Part shown: in pieces, positions 27,431-37,376 of the stretch
Layout of the letters: the number at the start of each line of letters is the position of its first letter
How positions within the stretch are numbered: the first letter of the stretch is position 1
Source of the DNA: Rickettsiales bacterium
GTDB taxonomy: Bacteria > Pseudomonadota > Alphaproteobacteria > Methylaequorales > Methylaequoraceae
Length of the DNA stretch: 60,573 nucleotides
Reading direction: 5' to 3'
NCBI GenBank assembly: GCA_002689325.1
Contig: NZFP01000019.1
Span: 1-60,573, forward strand
Made by a program: the position numbers and the translations under genes
The notes under the pieces: model-generated
The model's database searches: none
What the model was told of the DNA's origin: nothing
Seen by the model: only the letters and a program-made list of their open reading frames with translations

Positions 27431-28390
27431 ATGAATAAAATTTCTGTTATTTTCCCTGGTCAGGGCTCCCAAGTTGTTGGAATGGGTCTGGAACTCTATG
27501 AAAACCACCCTAAAGCAAAAGAAGTTTTTAATACTGTTGATGAAGCACTTGGTCAAAAGCTTTCAAAAATAATTTTTTATGGTGATGAGGAACAATTAAA
27601 GTTAACATCTAACACTCAGCCTGCTTTAATGGCAGTTAGCATAGCATTAGTTAAAGTTTTGGAAAACGAGTTGGGAAAAAAATTGACTGAATTTACTGAA
27701 ATTGTTTTAGGTCATTCACTTGGAGAATACACTAGTCTTTGTAGCATAGATTCATTAGATATAAGTTCCGCAGCTAAATTATTAAGAATTAGAGGTGATG
27801 CAATGCAAAATTCTGTAAAAAATATTGAAACTAGAATGGTAGCTGTTATTGGACTTGAACTTGAAATAATTGAAGATTTATTAAAAAAAATTAAAGAAAA
27901 AGATTTTTTATGTGAAATAGCCAATGATAACTGTCCAGGTCAAATAATATTATCTGGGTTTAGGAAAAGTATTGATAAATTCTCTGAAATATTAAAATCG
28001 TCTGGTGCAAGATCGATCATTGATTTGCAAGTAAGTGCCCCTTTTCATTGCTCCTTAATGAAACCAGCTGCTGATGTTATGTTCAAAGCATTTCAACACG
28101 TTAGTATTGAAAAGCCAATAATTAAATTTATAAATAATGTCTCTGCAGAATTTGTTGATGAACCAGATGAAATAAAAAAAAAGTTAATTGAACAAGTTTA
28201 TAATAGAGTAAGGTGGAGAGAAAGTATTTTAAAAGTCTCAAAATCTAATATTGATACAATCTTAGAAATTGGTTCAGGTAAAGTACTCACAGGATTGAAT
28301 AGGAGAATGAAGATTAATCAGGGTTTATTTAATTTATCAAATATGAGTGATATTGGAAACTTTATTAAGCTACATGGAGAAAGCCTATGA
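27431..28390 (+). CDS. fabD: malonyl-CoA:ACP transacylase FabD
   Basis: FPGQGSQ and active-site GHSLGEY motifs. Confidence 0.95.
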   Translation: MNKISVIFPGQGSQVVGMGLELYENHPKAKEVFNTVDEALGQKLSKIIFYGDEEQLKLTSNTQPALMAVSIALVKVLENELGKKLTEFTEIVLGHSLGEYTSLCSIDSLDISSAAKLLRIRGDAMQNSVKNIETRMVAVIGLELEIIEDLLKKIKEKDFLCEIANDNCPGQIILSGFRKSIDKFSEILKSSGARSIIDLQVSAPFHCSLMKPAADVMFKAFQHVSIEKPIIKFINNVSAEFVDEPDEIKKKLIEQVYNRVRWRESILKVSKSNIDTILEIGSGKVLTGLNRRMKINQGLFNLSNMSDIGNFIKLHGESL

Positions 28391-29109
28391 AAAAAAATGT
28401 TTTAGTAACCGGAGCAACTGGAGGAATAGGAAGAGCAATATGTAACAAATTAAAAAAAAACTACAATTTAATAGTGGTATCAAGAAATAAAGAAAAATTA
28501 ATAAACTTTATGACAGATAATAAATCAATTATTAGAAGAATACCTTGTGACCTAAAAGACTCAAATCAAATAACAAAAATGATTGAAGAAATTGTCACAA
28601 CAAACTTAAATGTCGATATTTTAGTAAATAACGCAGGTGTGACTGATGATAGCTTGTTCATAAGAATGAATTATGAAAAATGGCAAAATGTGATCAAAAC
28701 AAATTTAGATTCAAACTTTTTGTTAAGTAGTTCCATTTCTAAGTTAATGATTAAAAAAAAATGGGGAAGAATAATAAATATTACTTCAATTGTAGGCCAT
28801 ACTGGTAATTTGGGTCAGGCTAATTATGTTGCATCGAAATCTGGATTAAATGGTATGACGAAATCTATAGCCATAGAATTAGCTAAATGGAATATTACTG
28901 TTAATTGCGTATCTCCAGGTTTCATAAAAACTAATATGACAGAAAATCTTGGCGAAGAACAAAAAAATTATATAATTAGTAAAATTCCTTTAGGTATGAT
29001 TGGATCACCAGATGATGTTGCAAATTGTGTGGAATTCCTAGCTTCAGATGATTCAGGCTATATAACTGGTGAAACTATTCATGTTAATGGTGGCATGGCA
29101 ATGTTATAA
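28387..29109 (+). CDS. fabG: 3-oxoacyl-ACP reductase FabG
   Basis: TGATGGIGRAI, NNAG, YVASKSG catalytic motif. It lies between fabD and acpP. Confidence 0.95.
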   Translation: MKKNVLVTGATGGIGRAICNKLKKNYNLIVVSRNKEKLINFMTDNKSIIRRIPCDLKDSNQITKMIEEIVTTNLNVDILVNNAGVTDDSLFIRMNYEKWQNVIKTNLDSNFLLSSSISKLMIKKKWGRIINITSIVGHTGNLGQANYVASKSGLNGMTKSIAIELAKWNITVNCVSPGFIKTNMTENLGEEQKNYIISKIPLGMIGSPDDVANCVEFLASDDSGYITGETIHVNGGMAML

Positions 29110-29174
29110 TTATGTTTGATTTAAAAAAAAAAATATTTATTAATATAACTTTAACTTAATAGCAGGGGATAAAT

Positions 29175-29411
29175 ATGAGTGATATTTCAGAAAGAGTACA
29201 AAAAATTGTTGTTGAACATTTAGGAGTTGAGGCAGATAAGGTTGTTGAAACGGCTAGCTTTGTTGATGATCTAGGTGCAGATAGCTTAGATACAGTTGAA
29301 TTAGTTATGGCATTTGAAGAAGAATTTAATATAGAGATTCCAGATGAGATTGCTGAAAAAATAACAACCATCAAAGACGCAATTGAACATATAGAAAAAT
29401 CACAAAATTAG
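29175..29411 (+). CDS. acpP: acyl carrier protein
   Basis: [19 protein letters not shown] phosphopantetheine-attachment motif. Confidence 0.97.
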   Translation: MSDISERVQKIVVEHLGVEADKVVETASFVDDLGADSLDTVELVMAFEEEFNIEIPDEIAEKITTIKDAIEHIEKSQN

Positions 29412-29415
29412 AAAT

Positions 29416-30669
29416 ATGAGGCGAGTGGTCGTAACAGGGATTGGAATGTGTACGCCACTTGGATATGGTGTTGATCTAAATTGGAAAAAACTGATTAATG
29501 CCCAATCAGGTATAAGAAAACTTCAAGGATTTGAAATCGATGATTTAACTTCAAAAATAGGGGGACAAGTTCCTCTTGAAGGAAATTCAGATCTCTTCCC
29601 TGAAAATGTTTTAAGTTCTAAAGATAAAAGAAAAATTGAGCCTTTCATTGAATTCGCAATGATTTCTGCTAAAGAAGCAATTGAGGATTCTGGATGGTTA
29701 CCAAATTCAGAAAAAGATTCAGAAAGAGCTGGGGTCATGGTTGGTTCTGGAATAGGAGGGTTAGATGGTATTAGAATGAGCTCAGATAACTTAAGAAGAA
29801 GTCCTAGGAAAATATCACCGTTTTTTATTCCCTCTTGTTTAATAAATCTTGCCTCTGGACATATTTCTATAAAATATAAACTTAAAGGGCCTAATCATTC
29901 AGTTGTAACAGCATGTGCATCTGGCGCCCATGCAATAGGTGACTCATTTAGAATAATTTCTTATGGAGATGCTGATATAATGATAGCAGGGGGGACAGAA
30001 GCAGCTTGCACTCGATTCGGTATTTCTGGTTTTTGTGCAATGAGAGCGTTATCAACTAAATTTAATGACAACCCAGAAAAAGCTTCTAGACCATGGGACA
30101 AAGATAGAGATGGTTTTGTATTATCTGAAGGGTCTGGAATGTTAGTTCTTGAGGAATTTGAACACGCAAAAAAAAGGTCAGCTAAGATTTATGCAGAGAT
30201 TATTGGTTATGGTCTAACTGGCGATGCATATCATCCAACAGCACCAGCAAGTGATGGTAGTGGAGGTTTTAGAGCCATGAAAATGGCTTTGAATAATGCA
30301 AAAATTTCCTCTGATCAAATTGATTATGTTAATGCACATGGTACTTCAACTCCTTTAGGAGATGAGATAGAATTTAATGCAGTAAAAAAAATTTTTAAAA
30401 ATAATAAAAAAAATTTGTTCATGTCATCTACTAAATCATCAACTGGTCATCTGCTAGGAGCCTCGGGAGCAATTGAATCAATTTTCTCAATTTTATCATT
30501 AAAAGATGGAGTGATTCCACCAACATTAAATTTAACAAACCCTTCTTCAGATTGCGAAGGAATAAACTTAGTTCCAAAAGAAAGTATTAATAATACAAAT
30601 AACTTTTCTCTCTCTAATTCGTTTGGTTTTGGTGGCACCAATGTTTCTTTGATATTTAAGAATAAATAG
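29416..30669 (+). CDS. fabF: 3-oxoacyl-ACP synthase II FabF
   Basis: Active-site ACASGAHAIG plus the His motifs (DAYHPTAP, VNAHGTSTPLGD) and GHLLGASGAIE. Confidence 0.95.
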   Translation: MRRVVVTGIGMCTPLGYGVDLNWKKLINAQSGIRKLQGFEIDDLTSKIGGQVPLEGNSDLFPENVLSSKDKRKIEPFIEFAMISAKEAIEDSGWLPNSEKDSERAGVMVGSGIGGLDGIRMSSDNLRRSPRKISPFFIPSCLINLASGHISIKYKLKGPNHSVVTACASGAHAIGDSFRIISYGDADIMIAGGTEAACTRFGISGFCAMRALSTKFNDNPEKASRPWDKDRDGFVLSEGSGMLVLEEFEHAKKRSAKIYAEIIGYGLTGDAYHPTAPASDGSGGFRAMKMALNNAKISSDQIDYVNAHGTSTPLGDEIEFNAVKKIFKNNKKNLFMSSTKSSTGHLLGASGAIESIFSILSLKDGVIPPTLNLTNPSSDCEGINLVPKESINNTNNFSLSNSFGFGGTNVSLIFKNK

Positions 30670-30671
30670 TT

Positions 30672-31616
30672 GTGCCCAAAACTACAGTTTTCTTTTTATT
30701 CATTATTCTTCTTAATTTTTTTTCATTACTCATTTTTAAGAAACATGACAGTTTAAATTTAACTAAAGTTATTATAAGACCCGGAATGAATTTGGAAGAA
30801 ATTTCAAGAGAACTTTCCTTAAAAAAAATAGTTAAAAATTCAGATATTTTTAAAATTTGGGTAAAATTAAGTTTTCAAGAAAAAAAATTAAAATATGGGG
30901 AATTTCTTTTTGAAAAAAGTAATTCAATTTACGATGTAACTAAAAAATTAGTTGATGGTGACGTAGTTTATCGTAAACTTACAATTGTTGAGGGATCCTA
31001 TAAATACCAATTATTAGAAAATCTCAAAGAAATTGATCCTAATTCGTCTTTAGAATACAATGATTTAAGTGATTTGATAGTTGCTGATACTTATAGTTAC
31101 CAAATAACTGATTCTGCAGAAAAAATTTTGCATAATATAAAAAAAATATCAAATAACTTCTCCCAAAAAATTTGGTCTGAAAGAGACCAAACAATACCGC
31201 TAAAAAGTATTAATGAAATGTTTATATTAGCATCAATAGTTGAAAAAGAAACCTCGATAAAAGATGAAAAACCTATAATTTCCGGAGTTTTTTTTAATCG
31301 TTTAAATAAAAAAATGAGACTCCAATCAGATCCAACAGTTATATATGCAATTACTGAGGGGAAATATAGATTAAAGAGAAAATTAACTAGGAAAGATCTA
31401 AAATTAAAGTCAATTCATAATACTTACGTTAACAAAGGCTTACCACCCAAAATTATTGGCTTTCCTGGTAAAGATTCTCTTCTTTCTACTTCACTTCCAA
31501 ACAAAAGTGATTTACTATATTTTGTCTCAAAAAATCAAGGTGGAGAGCATTACTTTTCTTCAGACTATAAACAGCATTTAAAGAATATAAAGGCCTCAAA
31601 AGATGAAAAAAAATAG
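30672..31616 (+). CDS. mltG: endolytic murein transglycosylase MltG (YceG family)
   Basis: N-terminal TM helix, LASIVEKE and LQSDPTVIY motifs typical of YceG/MltG. GTG start. Confidence 0.85.
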   Translation: MPKTTVFFLFIILLNFFSLLIFKKHDSLNLTKVIIRPGMNLEEISRELSLKKIVKNSDIFKIWVKLSFQEKKLKYGEFLFEKSNSIYDVTKKLVDGDVVYRKLTIVEGSYKYQLLENLKEIDPNSSLEYNDLSDLIVADTYSYQITDSAEKILHNIKKISNNFSQKIWSERDQTIPLKSINEMFILASIVEKETSIKDEKPIISGVFFNRLNKKMRLQSDPTVIYAITEGKYRLKRKLTRKDLKLKSIHNTYVNKGLPPKIIGFPGKDSLLSTSLPNKSDLLYFVSKNQGGEHYFSSDYKQHLKNIKASKDEKK

Positions 31617-32226
31617 AAAGGGTTTGATGCTCGTATTGTCATCTCCTTCTGGAGCCGGAAAAACAACTATTTGTAAGGAGATTTTAAAAAAAATTAAAGA
31701 TCTAAAAATGTCAATTTCTTATACAACCAGAAAAAAAAGAAAAAGTGAGGTTGATGGAAAGGATTATTTTTTTATTTCAGAGAAAAAATTTAAGGAACTT
31801 CAAGCCAAGGATTTTTTTATTGAGAATGCTAATGTTTTTGATCATTTTTATGGAACTCCAAAAAAGTTTGTTGAAGAAAATTTAATAAAAGGAGTTGATG
31901 TGCTTTTTGATATTGATTGGCAAGGTGCGCAGAAATTGGCAAATTTTTCAAAAACTGACATTGTTTCTGTTTTTATATTACCACCAAGTAATTCAATTCT
32001 TAAAGAAAGATTAAAAAAAAGAAATGAAGATTCCCCCGAAATTGTAAACAAGAGAATGAGTAAAGCAAAGTCAGAAATAAGTCATTGGATAGAATATGAT
32101 TATGTTTTAATAAATGAAGATTTAGCTAAATGTTCAGATGAAGTAGTCACTATCTTAAAAGCTGAGAGGAAAAAAAGGGACAGACAAAAGTTTACTTTTA
32201 GTTTTATTGAAAAGCTTTTAAAGTAA
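31603..32226 (+). CDS. gmk: guanylate kinase
   Basis: P-loop SSPSGAGKTT, the YTTRKKR motif and the guanylate-kinase fold. Confidence 0.93.
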   Translation: MKKNRKGLMLVLSSPSGAGKTTICKEILKKIKDLKMSISYTTRKKRKSEVDGKDYFFISEKKFKELQAKDFFIENANVFDHFYGTPKKFVEENLIKGVDVLFDIDWQGAQKLANFSKTDIVSVFILPPSNSILKERLKKRNEDSPEIVNKRMSKAKSEISHWIEYDYVLINEDLAKCSDEVVTILKAERKKRDRQKFTFSFIEKLLK

Positions 32227-32994
32227 CTCCTCTGAGAGCTTAATGAATTGATTCGGACTTATTTCTTCAGGTCTAAGTGCAGGGTCTATTCCACATTTAA
32301 ATATTTTTTCTTCAATGTTAGTACCAATTTTAGAGAGATTATTTTTTAAAGTTTTCCTTTTATGCATAAACGATACCTTTAGAAATTTATCAAGTTTGTG
32401 ATAATCAAATTCAATTTTTTTTTTGGGAATAATTTCAATTATTGATGAATAAACTTTAGGTTGTGGAAAAAAATTTTCTGGTGCAATATCAAATTTAACT
32501 TTTACATCAGCTACTACCTGAATTAAAACTGAGATTCTCCCATAATGTTTTGTTTTTTTCTCAGCTGAAAGTCTTGATGCTACTTCCTTTTGAACCATGA
32601 CTATAATAGACTTAAAAGAATTGATATATCTCAACCAATTTAAGATAAGAGTAGTTGCTATATTGTAAGGTAGGTTTCCAATAAGTATTATTTTTTTCTC
32701 TGATAACTTGTTTATTGATATTTTTAAAGCATCCCCAATAATTAATTTAATTTTAGTATCTTTATTTTTAATCAAATTAGAAAGTATTGTATTCAAAGTT
32801 TTATCTTTTTCTATAAGTATAAGTTTGGATGGTTTTTTTTTAATTATAAATTCTGTTAAGTAACCTTTTCCTGGACCAACCTCAACAATTTCCTGGTTTT
32901 TAAAATCTTTTAAAGAACTTATTTTGTGCAGTATTTTTTTATTTATTAAAAAGTTTTGTCCTAAACTTTTTTTATGTTTGAATGCAATGGTCAT
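32218..32994 (-). CDS. rsmA: 16S rRNA (adenine1518/1519-N6)-dimethyltransferase RsmA/KsgA
   Basis: KKSLGQNFL and VEVGPGKGYLT SAM motifs. ATG 32994 forms an ATGA overlap with the pdxA stop. The track start 33021 is less likely. Confidence 0.9.
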   Translation of the reverse strand: MTIAFKHKKSLGQNFLINKKILHKISSLKDFKNQEIVEVGPGKGYLTEFIIKKKPSKLILIEKDKTLNTILSNLIKNKDTKIKLIIGDALKISINKLSEKKIILIGNLPYNIATTLILNWLRYINSFKSIIVMVQKEVASRLSAEKKTKHYGRISVLIQVVADVKVKFDIAPENFFPQPKVYSSIIEIIPKKKIEFDYHKLDKFLKVSFMHKRKTLKNNLSKIGTNIEEKIFKCGIDPALRPEEISPNQFIKLSEELL

Positions 32995-34010
32995 GAATAC
33001 TTTTCTATAAATTTTAAACAAGCAATTAAACTATCAGTTTTTGCTATATTCTTTTTTGCAATATCAAATGCAGGGCCATGGTCTGGTGATACTCTTAAAA
33101 TTGGAAGTCCACCAGTTACATTGACAGAATTAAAAAAATCAAGGGTTTTGACAGGCGATAACCCCTGATCATGAAACATACAAAACATTCCATCATAATT
33201 TTTTCTGTTGTTTTTAAAAAAACAGGTATCACCACTTAAGGGGCCATGTAAATTTAGATTTTTGGCTTTTAGATCTTTAACAACAGGCAAGATAATTTGT
33301 TCTTCTTCTTCTCCAATAAGCCCACCTTCTCCTGCATGAGGGTTTAATGCTAAAATACCAATTAATGGTCTTTTTTTTTTTCCATATAGATATTAATGTA
33401 TTATTGAAAATTATTATTTTTTCTTTGAGATTTTTTTTTTTAATTTAACAAAAGTTTTTTTTAATGGTACGTGAGTAGTTGCTAAACCTACCACTAAGTT
33501 TTTTCCCAAGTCAACTGGTTTTGTAGTTGTTAAAATCATTATTTCACTTGCAGATTTGTTTATAAATCTTCTAGATAAAAATCCCATGTATTCAGTTTGA
33601 CCATTATAATTAAATCCATATTGTTTCATTGTTTTTTTGCAAATAGGTAAAGTTACTAATGCTGATGCTTGTTTATTTTTAACAAAATCGAAGGACGTTT
33701 TTAATGAATCAATTATAAACTTACTATTTTTTTTCTCAGGTTGGCCTAATTTAAATTTAATTTTTTTACCTAAATCGTAAACAGGTAAGTAATTATTAAA
33801 AAATTCAAAAGTTTCGTTGGGATTCTTAATAAGTTTAATTTTTGCTTTTAATTTAAATAAGTTAATAATAAATTTAATCTTTTCCTTATCATCAACAACA
33901 AAAAAAGGCAGTAATTTTTTTTTCTTCCTGTTAATCCAAGTTTTAATTAAAATTTCAGAACAAATTCCTGATGGCTCTCCCATAGAAATTACAATTGGTT
34001 TTCTTTTCAT
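32991..34010 (-). pseudogene. pdxA: pdxA (4-hydroxythreonine-4-phosphate dehydrogenase) interrupted by three in-frame TAA codons
   Basis: The N-terminal piece (33414-34010, ...ISMGEPSGICSEI..., ...ATTHVPL) and the C-terminal piece (...LNPHAGEGG...FHDQGLSPVK...SPDHGPAFDIA, to 32991) are in the same frame. TAA codons lie at 33414-33416, 33411-33413 and 33393-33395. The spacing between TTHxPL and LNPHAGE is 38 codons, the same as my recalled E. coli PdxA sequence. Confidence 0.8.
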
Positions 34011-34015
34011 TATTT

Positions 34016-35221
34016 TTACTTATTGAAAAACTTTACATTTGTGTCTTTTCTAAGATTAGATATTAAAGTATTTGCCATTTGGTTGAATTTTTGAGTATAG
34101 ATCATTTTTTCTATATCAGTTTTTGAAATAACACTTTTATTATTAATGACTTTTTTACATAATTTAAGTCTCATAAATTCAGAGTCTTTTTTTAAAACAT
34201 TTGTCATCTCGCCCTCTTTTAATATTTCTAAGTTGTCTCTAAAAATTTTGTTCATCTCTTCAAGCATGAGGTTTTCAAATTTCATTAATTCTACATTATT
34301 TTTTAAAGTTTTACTGACCATATCACAACTGATCTCATTTTTTTGAATTTTTTTAAGTGACTCATCATTGTAGGCTAAAAGCTTCAAAAATGAATATTTA
34401 AAGTTGCTATTACCATAAAATCTTTTTTTATTTAGTTTTATTACTTTGTAACCGTCTGAGTCACGAAGGCTTAAAATTTGACCTTCTTTCATCCCTTTAA
34501 GTGTGTCTTTCGTTTTTTGATCAATTCTGTCCTCGAGAATCCACCTGCTATTCTGACTATCCATAGAATATACCTCATTAAATTTCTTAGATAGGTTTTC
34601 AAAGGTTATTCCTTTATCGAGTAGTTTTAAAAATTCCTCCATTTTTTTTTTAGATTTTTTCCAATTTTCAGGTGGGTTATTCATAAATTTAACTTGGTTG
34701 TAATCAAATTCATATTTACCTTTATTTTTTGTTCGTTCATCAAATGAATCTTGTATTTCTTGTTCACTAATAATAATTTTTGAGGCAAGGACTTTTTGTA
34801 AATACTTTTTCCATAGAAGTTCAGAAGACATTTGATCTAGTAAAATATCAATATCGAAACCTTCATTTTCTAAAAAAGATTTGAAGCCTTTGAAGTCATC
34901 TTTTGAAAAGTTGTAAATACTTGATGTAAAATTTATAAGCTCTTCTTCCGTATGGCTAATATCATTTTTTTGGGCTTCAATCGTTTTAATTTTTTCTATT
35001 ATGAGAAGTTCAAGCATCCTTTCTCTGACTGAATCTCTATTACTAATAGTATCTTCGAGATTTAATGATTTTAAAGCTAATTTTATTCTTTGTGAAAGGT
35101 CGTATGTTGTAATGATTTCTTTATCAATGCTAACAATCATTCCTTCAAATTTTTCTTGAGCATAGAGATTTTGAAAAAAAAATATTTCTAGAAGAAAAAA
35201 AATAATAATATTAGAGATCAC
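34016..35221 (-). CDS. surA: periplasmic chaperone SurA-like (parvulin-type domain looks degenerate)
   Basis: Signal-like ISNIIIFFLLEIFFFQNLYA, a SurA N-domain-like sequence (IVSIDKEIITTYDLSQRIKL) and the lptD-surA-pdxA-rsmA position. I chose the GTG at 35221 (11-nt overlap with lptD). The track start 35338 lies deep inside lptD. Confidence 0.7.
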   Translation of the reverse strand: MISNIIIFFLLEIFFFQNLYAQEKFEGMIVSIDKEIITTYDLSQRIKLALKSLNLEDTISNRDSVRERMLELLIIEKIKTIEAQKNDISHTEEELINFTSSIYNFSKDDFKGFKSFLENEGFDIDILLDQMSSELLWKKYLQKVLASKIIISEQEIQDSFDERTKNKGKYEFDYNQVKFMNNPPENWKKSKKKMEEFLKLLDKGITFENLSKKFNEVYSMDSQNSRWILEDRIDQKTKDTLKGMKEGQILSLRDSDGYKVIKLNKKRFYGNSNFKYSFLKLLAYNDESLKKIQKNEISCDMVSKTLKNNVELMKFENLMLEEMNKIFRDNLEILKEGEMTNVLKKDSEFMRLKLCKKVINNKSVISKTDIEKMIYTQKFNQMANTLISNLRKDTNVKFFNK

Positions 35222-37376
35222 TTTCCATAATTTCTTTGAGACTAAATAAGAAAACAAAATTATTTGATGTAGGGTCTTCTGGGTTGTGGGTGTATTGTCT
35301 AGTCCATGAGAACGACATTCCAAAGCATTCATCTTCATATTTTATTTTTGTTCCGTAATTATATAATTTTAATTTGCCTTTATTATCAAATGTTGAATAT
35401 AGTGTAAAGTTCCAAAAGTCATAAAATTTTTGGTCGTACCTAACTGAGAACTGATTTTTACCATCAATTAAGTTTTTACCATTTTCATCTATTACTGCGG
35501 AATATCTTGTATTTCCAAGTGATAGATATGAGTTCTTTTGTCTAATTAGTAGATTTGAATATGCTGATTTAATCGAGAAATTATCCTTATTTATGACAAA
35601 GTATGAATCAAAGTTAATCGCTTTAGCAGGTTTAATTGTGAAGCTACCAACAATATCTGAAAACTTTTCATTAATACCTGTATTTTTATTCAAATATTTA
35701 TTTCTATCAAATTGGTGGCTCTGTCCAATTTGAATTGTTGTGAGATCGTTAAAGGAGTCTTTTGTTGTGCTTGAGTAAGTTATACCATAGTCTATTCTTG
35801 AAGATTGTTCCAGTCTGTCAGTACCATGCATTCTATTAGTGTTAAATAAATCAACAAAATCCAGATCAAAATTATTTATACCACCTTCATCAGGTATTTT
35901 TCTATTAAAGGCATTCTTAACGCTCTTAACAAACAAAACTTTTGGTGTAATAGTACTGATTAATTTTTTACTATTTTTAAAATATGGTTTTGAAATTTCT
36001 AGAGAAAATTGGGGAAAAAAGTTATTCTTATATTCATCGTGTTCGAACTTACCATTAACTGGGTTTAAATACTGTTTTACATTGTATACCCCAGCGTTTA
36101 AGTGCCCTCCAAATTTTAACAACGTCCCATCATTAAGTATCGAAGGAAAAGTAATATTTTGATTTATAAATAACTTTTTTGTCTCTGTCCCCTTGGTTCT
36201 ATACAAACTTACAAACTCAATATTGGTGTTATAGTTAAGTGTCTTATTAAGAGGCTTTGAGCTTAAATTTAATAAAAGTCTTGGAAGGATTCTAGGTGTT
36301 AGTTTTCTATTAAATTCCCTTCTTACATCTTGAAAAACATAGGATTCTAAACTGTAAGAATTATAACCTCTGAGCGATTCTAATTTAATATTTGATTCAA
36401 GAACGTGATCATATCCATATTTGTAAGTATTTTTATAGTTTCTATCAGTGGTTCTTTGTATTTTATAACTAGCATAATCTTTAGAACTGAGAAAAAAAAT
36501 ACCCTCAGAATTAATATGACCTCTTTTTCTATCTTCTTTAACTTGATTAATTTTTTGGTTTTCAATTGTTCCGCTAAACTCATTTTTCATTTCACCATTT
36601 TTAAAATTTTTTCTATGTTGAATTAAAAAAGCTGGATTTTTTTTTTGAGAAAATTTTGGTATCACAGTTACATCGCTATAATCACTGAGAGGGTAGTAAT
36701 ATGGTATGTTAGCTCCTAGCCCGAAATAATGAGTTTGAAAAAAACTTGGGGGTAAGAATCCTTTTTTCCTTTTTACCAAAGGTGATGGATGAGAAAAATA
36801 TGGAAGATATAATATGCTTTTACCGGCGACATCAAGAAAAGCGTCGTAATATTTCACATTTAGCTTTTTTTTATCATGAATGATTGTCTTTGCTTTAAGT
36901 TGAATCAATGGTGGATCATATTTCTTTTTCTTTTCATTATAACATATTTCACAGGCAGTAAATGTCCCGTATTGTAATCTTTCCCAGTCTTTGTTTCTTC
37001 TTTCAACTTTCTTTGCTGCCAGTCGCATGTAGTATTTCTTTTCATTATTTAATGTTGGAATATATAGATGGTTATTTTCTATTAAAGCATTTTCAAGAGT
37101 GTTATCAGCTACAAGTTTGTCAGCTTTTAATATGCTTCCATCAGCATTAAAAATTTTTATATTTTCTCTGGCGGATAATACTTTTGATTCATTATTTACA
37201 AATACCTTGTTGGCAAAAAGCTTAAACTCTTTATCAATTATTTCAACATTTCCAGTTGCGTAGATTCTTGTGTTTTCCTTATCATAAGTAAATTGATCCG
37301 CATTGATTTCAATCTTTTCATTTGATTTACTGTTAAAGCATATGACTAAAAAAAGAAAAAGAAATATTTTATCCAT
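35211..37376 (-). CDS. lptD: LPS-assembly outer membrane protein LptD
   Basis: Signal peptide, an OstA-like N-terminal domain (INADQFTYDKENTRIYATGNVEI) and a large aromatic-rich beta-barrel. ATG 37376 is preferred to TTG 37382. Confidence 0.88.
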   Translation of the reverse strand: MDKIFLFLFLVICFNSKSNEKIEINADQFTYDKENTRIYATGNVEIIDKEFKLFANKVFVNNESKVLSARENIKIFNADGSILKADKLVADNTLENALIENNHLYIPTLNNEKKYYMRLAAKKVERRNKDWERLQYGTFTACEICYNEKKKKYDPPLIQLKAKTIIHDKKKLNVKYYDAFLDVAGKSILYLPYFSHPSPLVKRKKGFLPPSFFQTHYFGLGANIPYYYPLSDYSDVTVIPKFSQKKNPAFLIQHRKNFKNGEMKNEFSGTIENQKINQVKEDRKRGHINSEGIFFLSSKDYASYKIQRTTDRNYKNTYKYGYDHVLESNIKLESLRGYNSYSLESYVFQDVRREFNRKLTPRILPRLLLNLSSKPLNKTLNYNTNIEFVSLYRTKGTETKKLFINQNITFPSILNDGTLLKFGGHLNAGVYNVKQYLNPVNGKFEHDEYKNNFFPQFSLEISKPYFKNSKKLISTITPKVLFVKSVKNAFNRKIPDEGGINNFDLDFVDLFNTNRMHGTDRLEQSSRIDYGITYSSTTKDSFNDLTTIQIGQSHQFDRNKYLNKNTGINEKFSDIVGSFTIKPAKAINFDSYFVINKDNFSIKSAYSNLLIRQKNSYLSLGNTRYSAVIDENGKNLIDGKNQFSVRYDQKFYDFWNFTLYSTFDNKGKLKLYNYGTKIKYEDECFGMSFSWTRQYTHNPEDPTSNNFVFLFSLKEIMESDL

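Noticed and set aside
30633-30638. TGGCAC hexamer inside fabF (and another at 41058-41063 inside pepA)
   Set aside because: Neither is followed by TTGC or GC at the N10 spacing. Both are within coding sequence (they encode GGT/GT residues), so they are not sigma-54 promoters.
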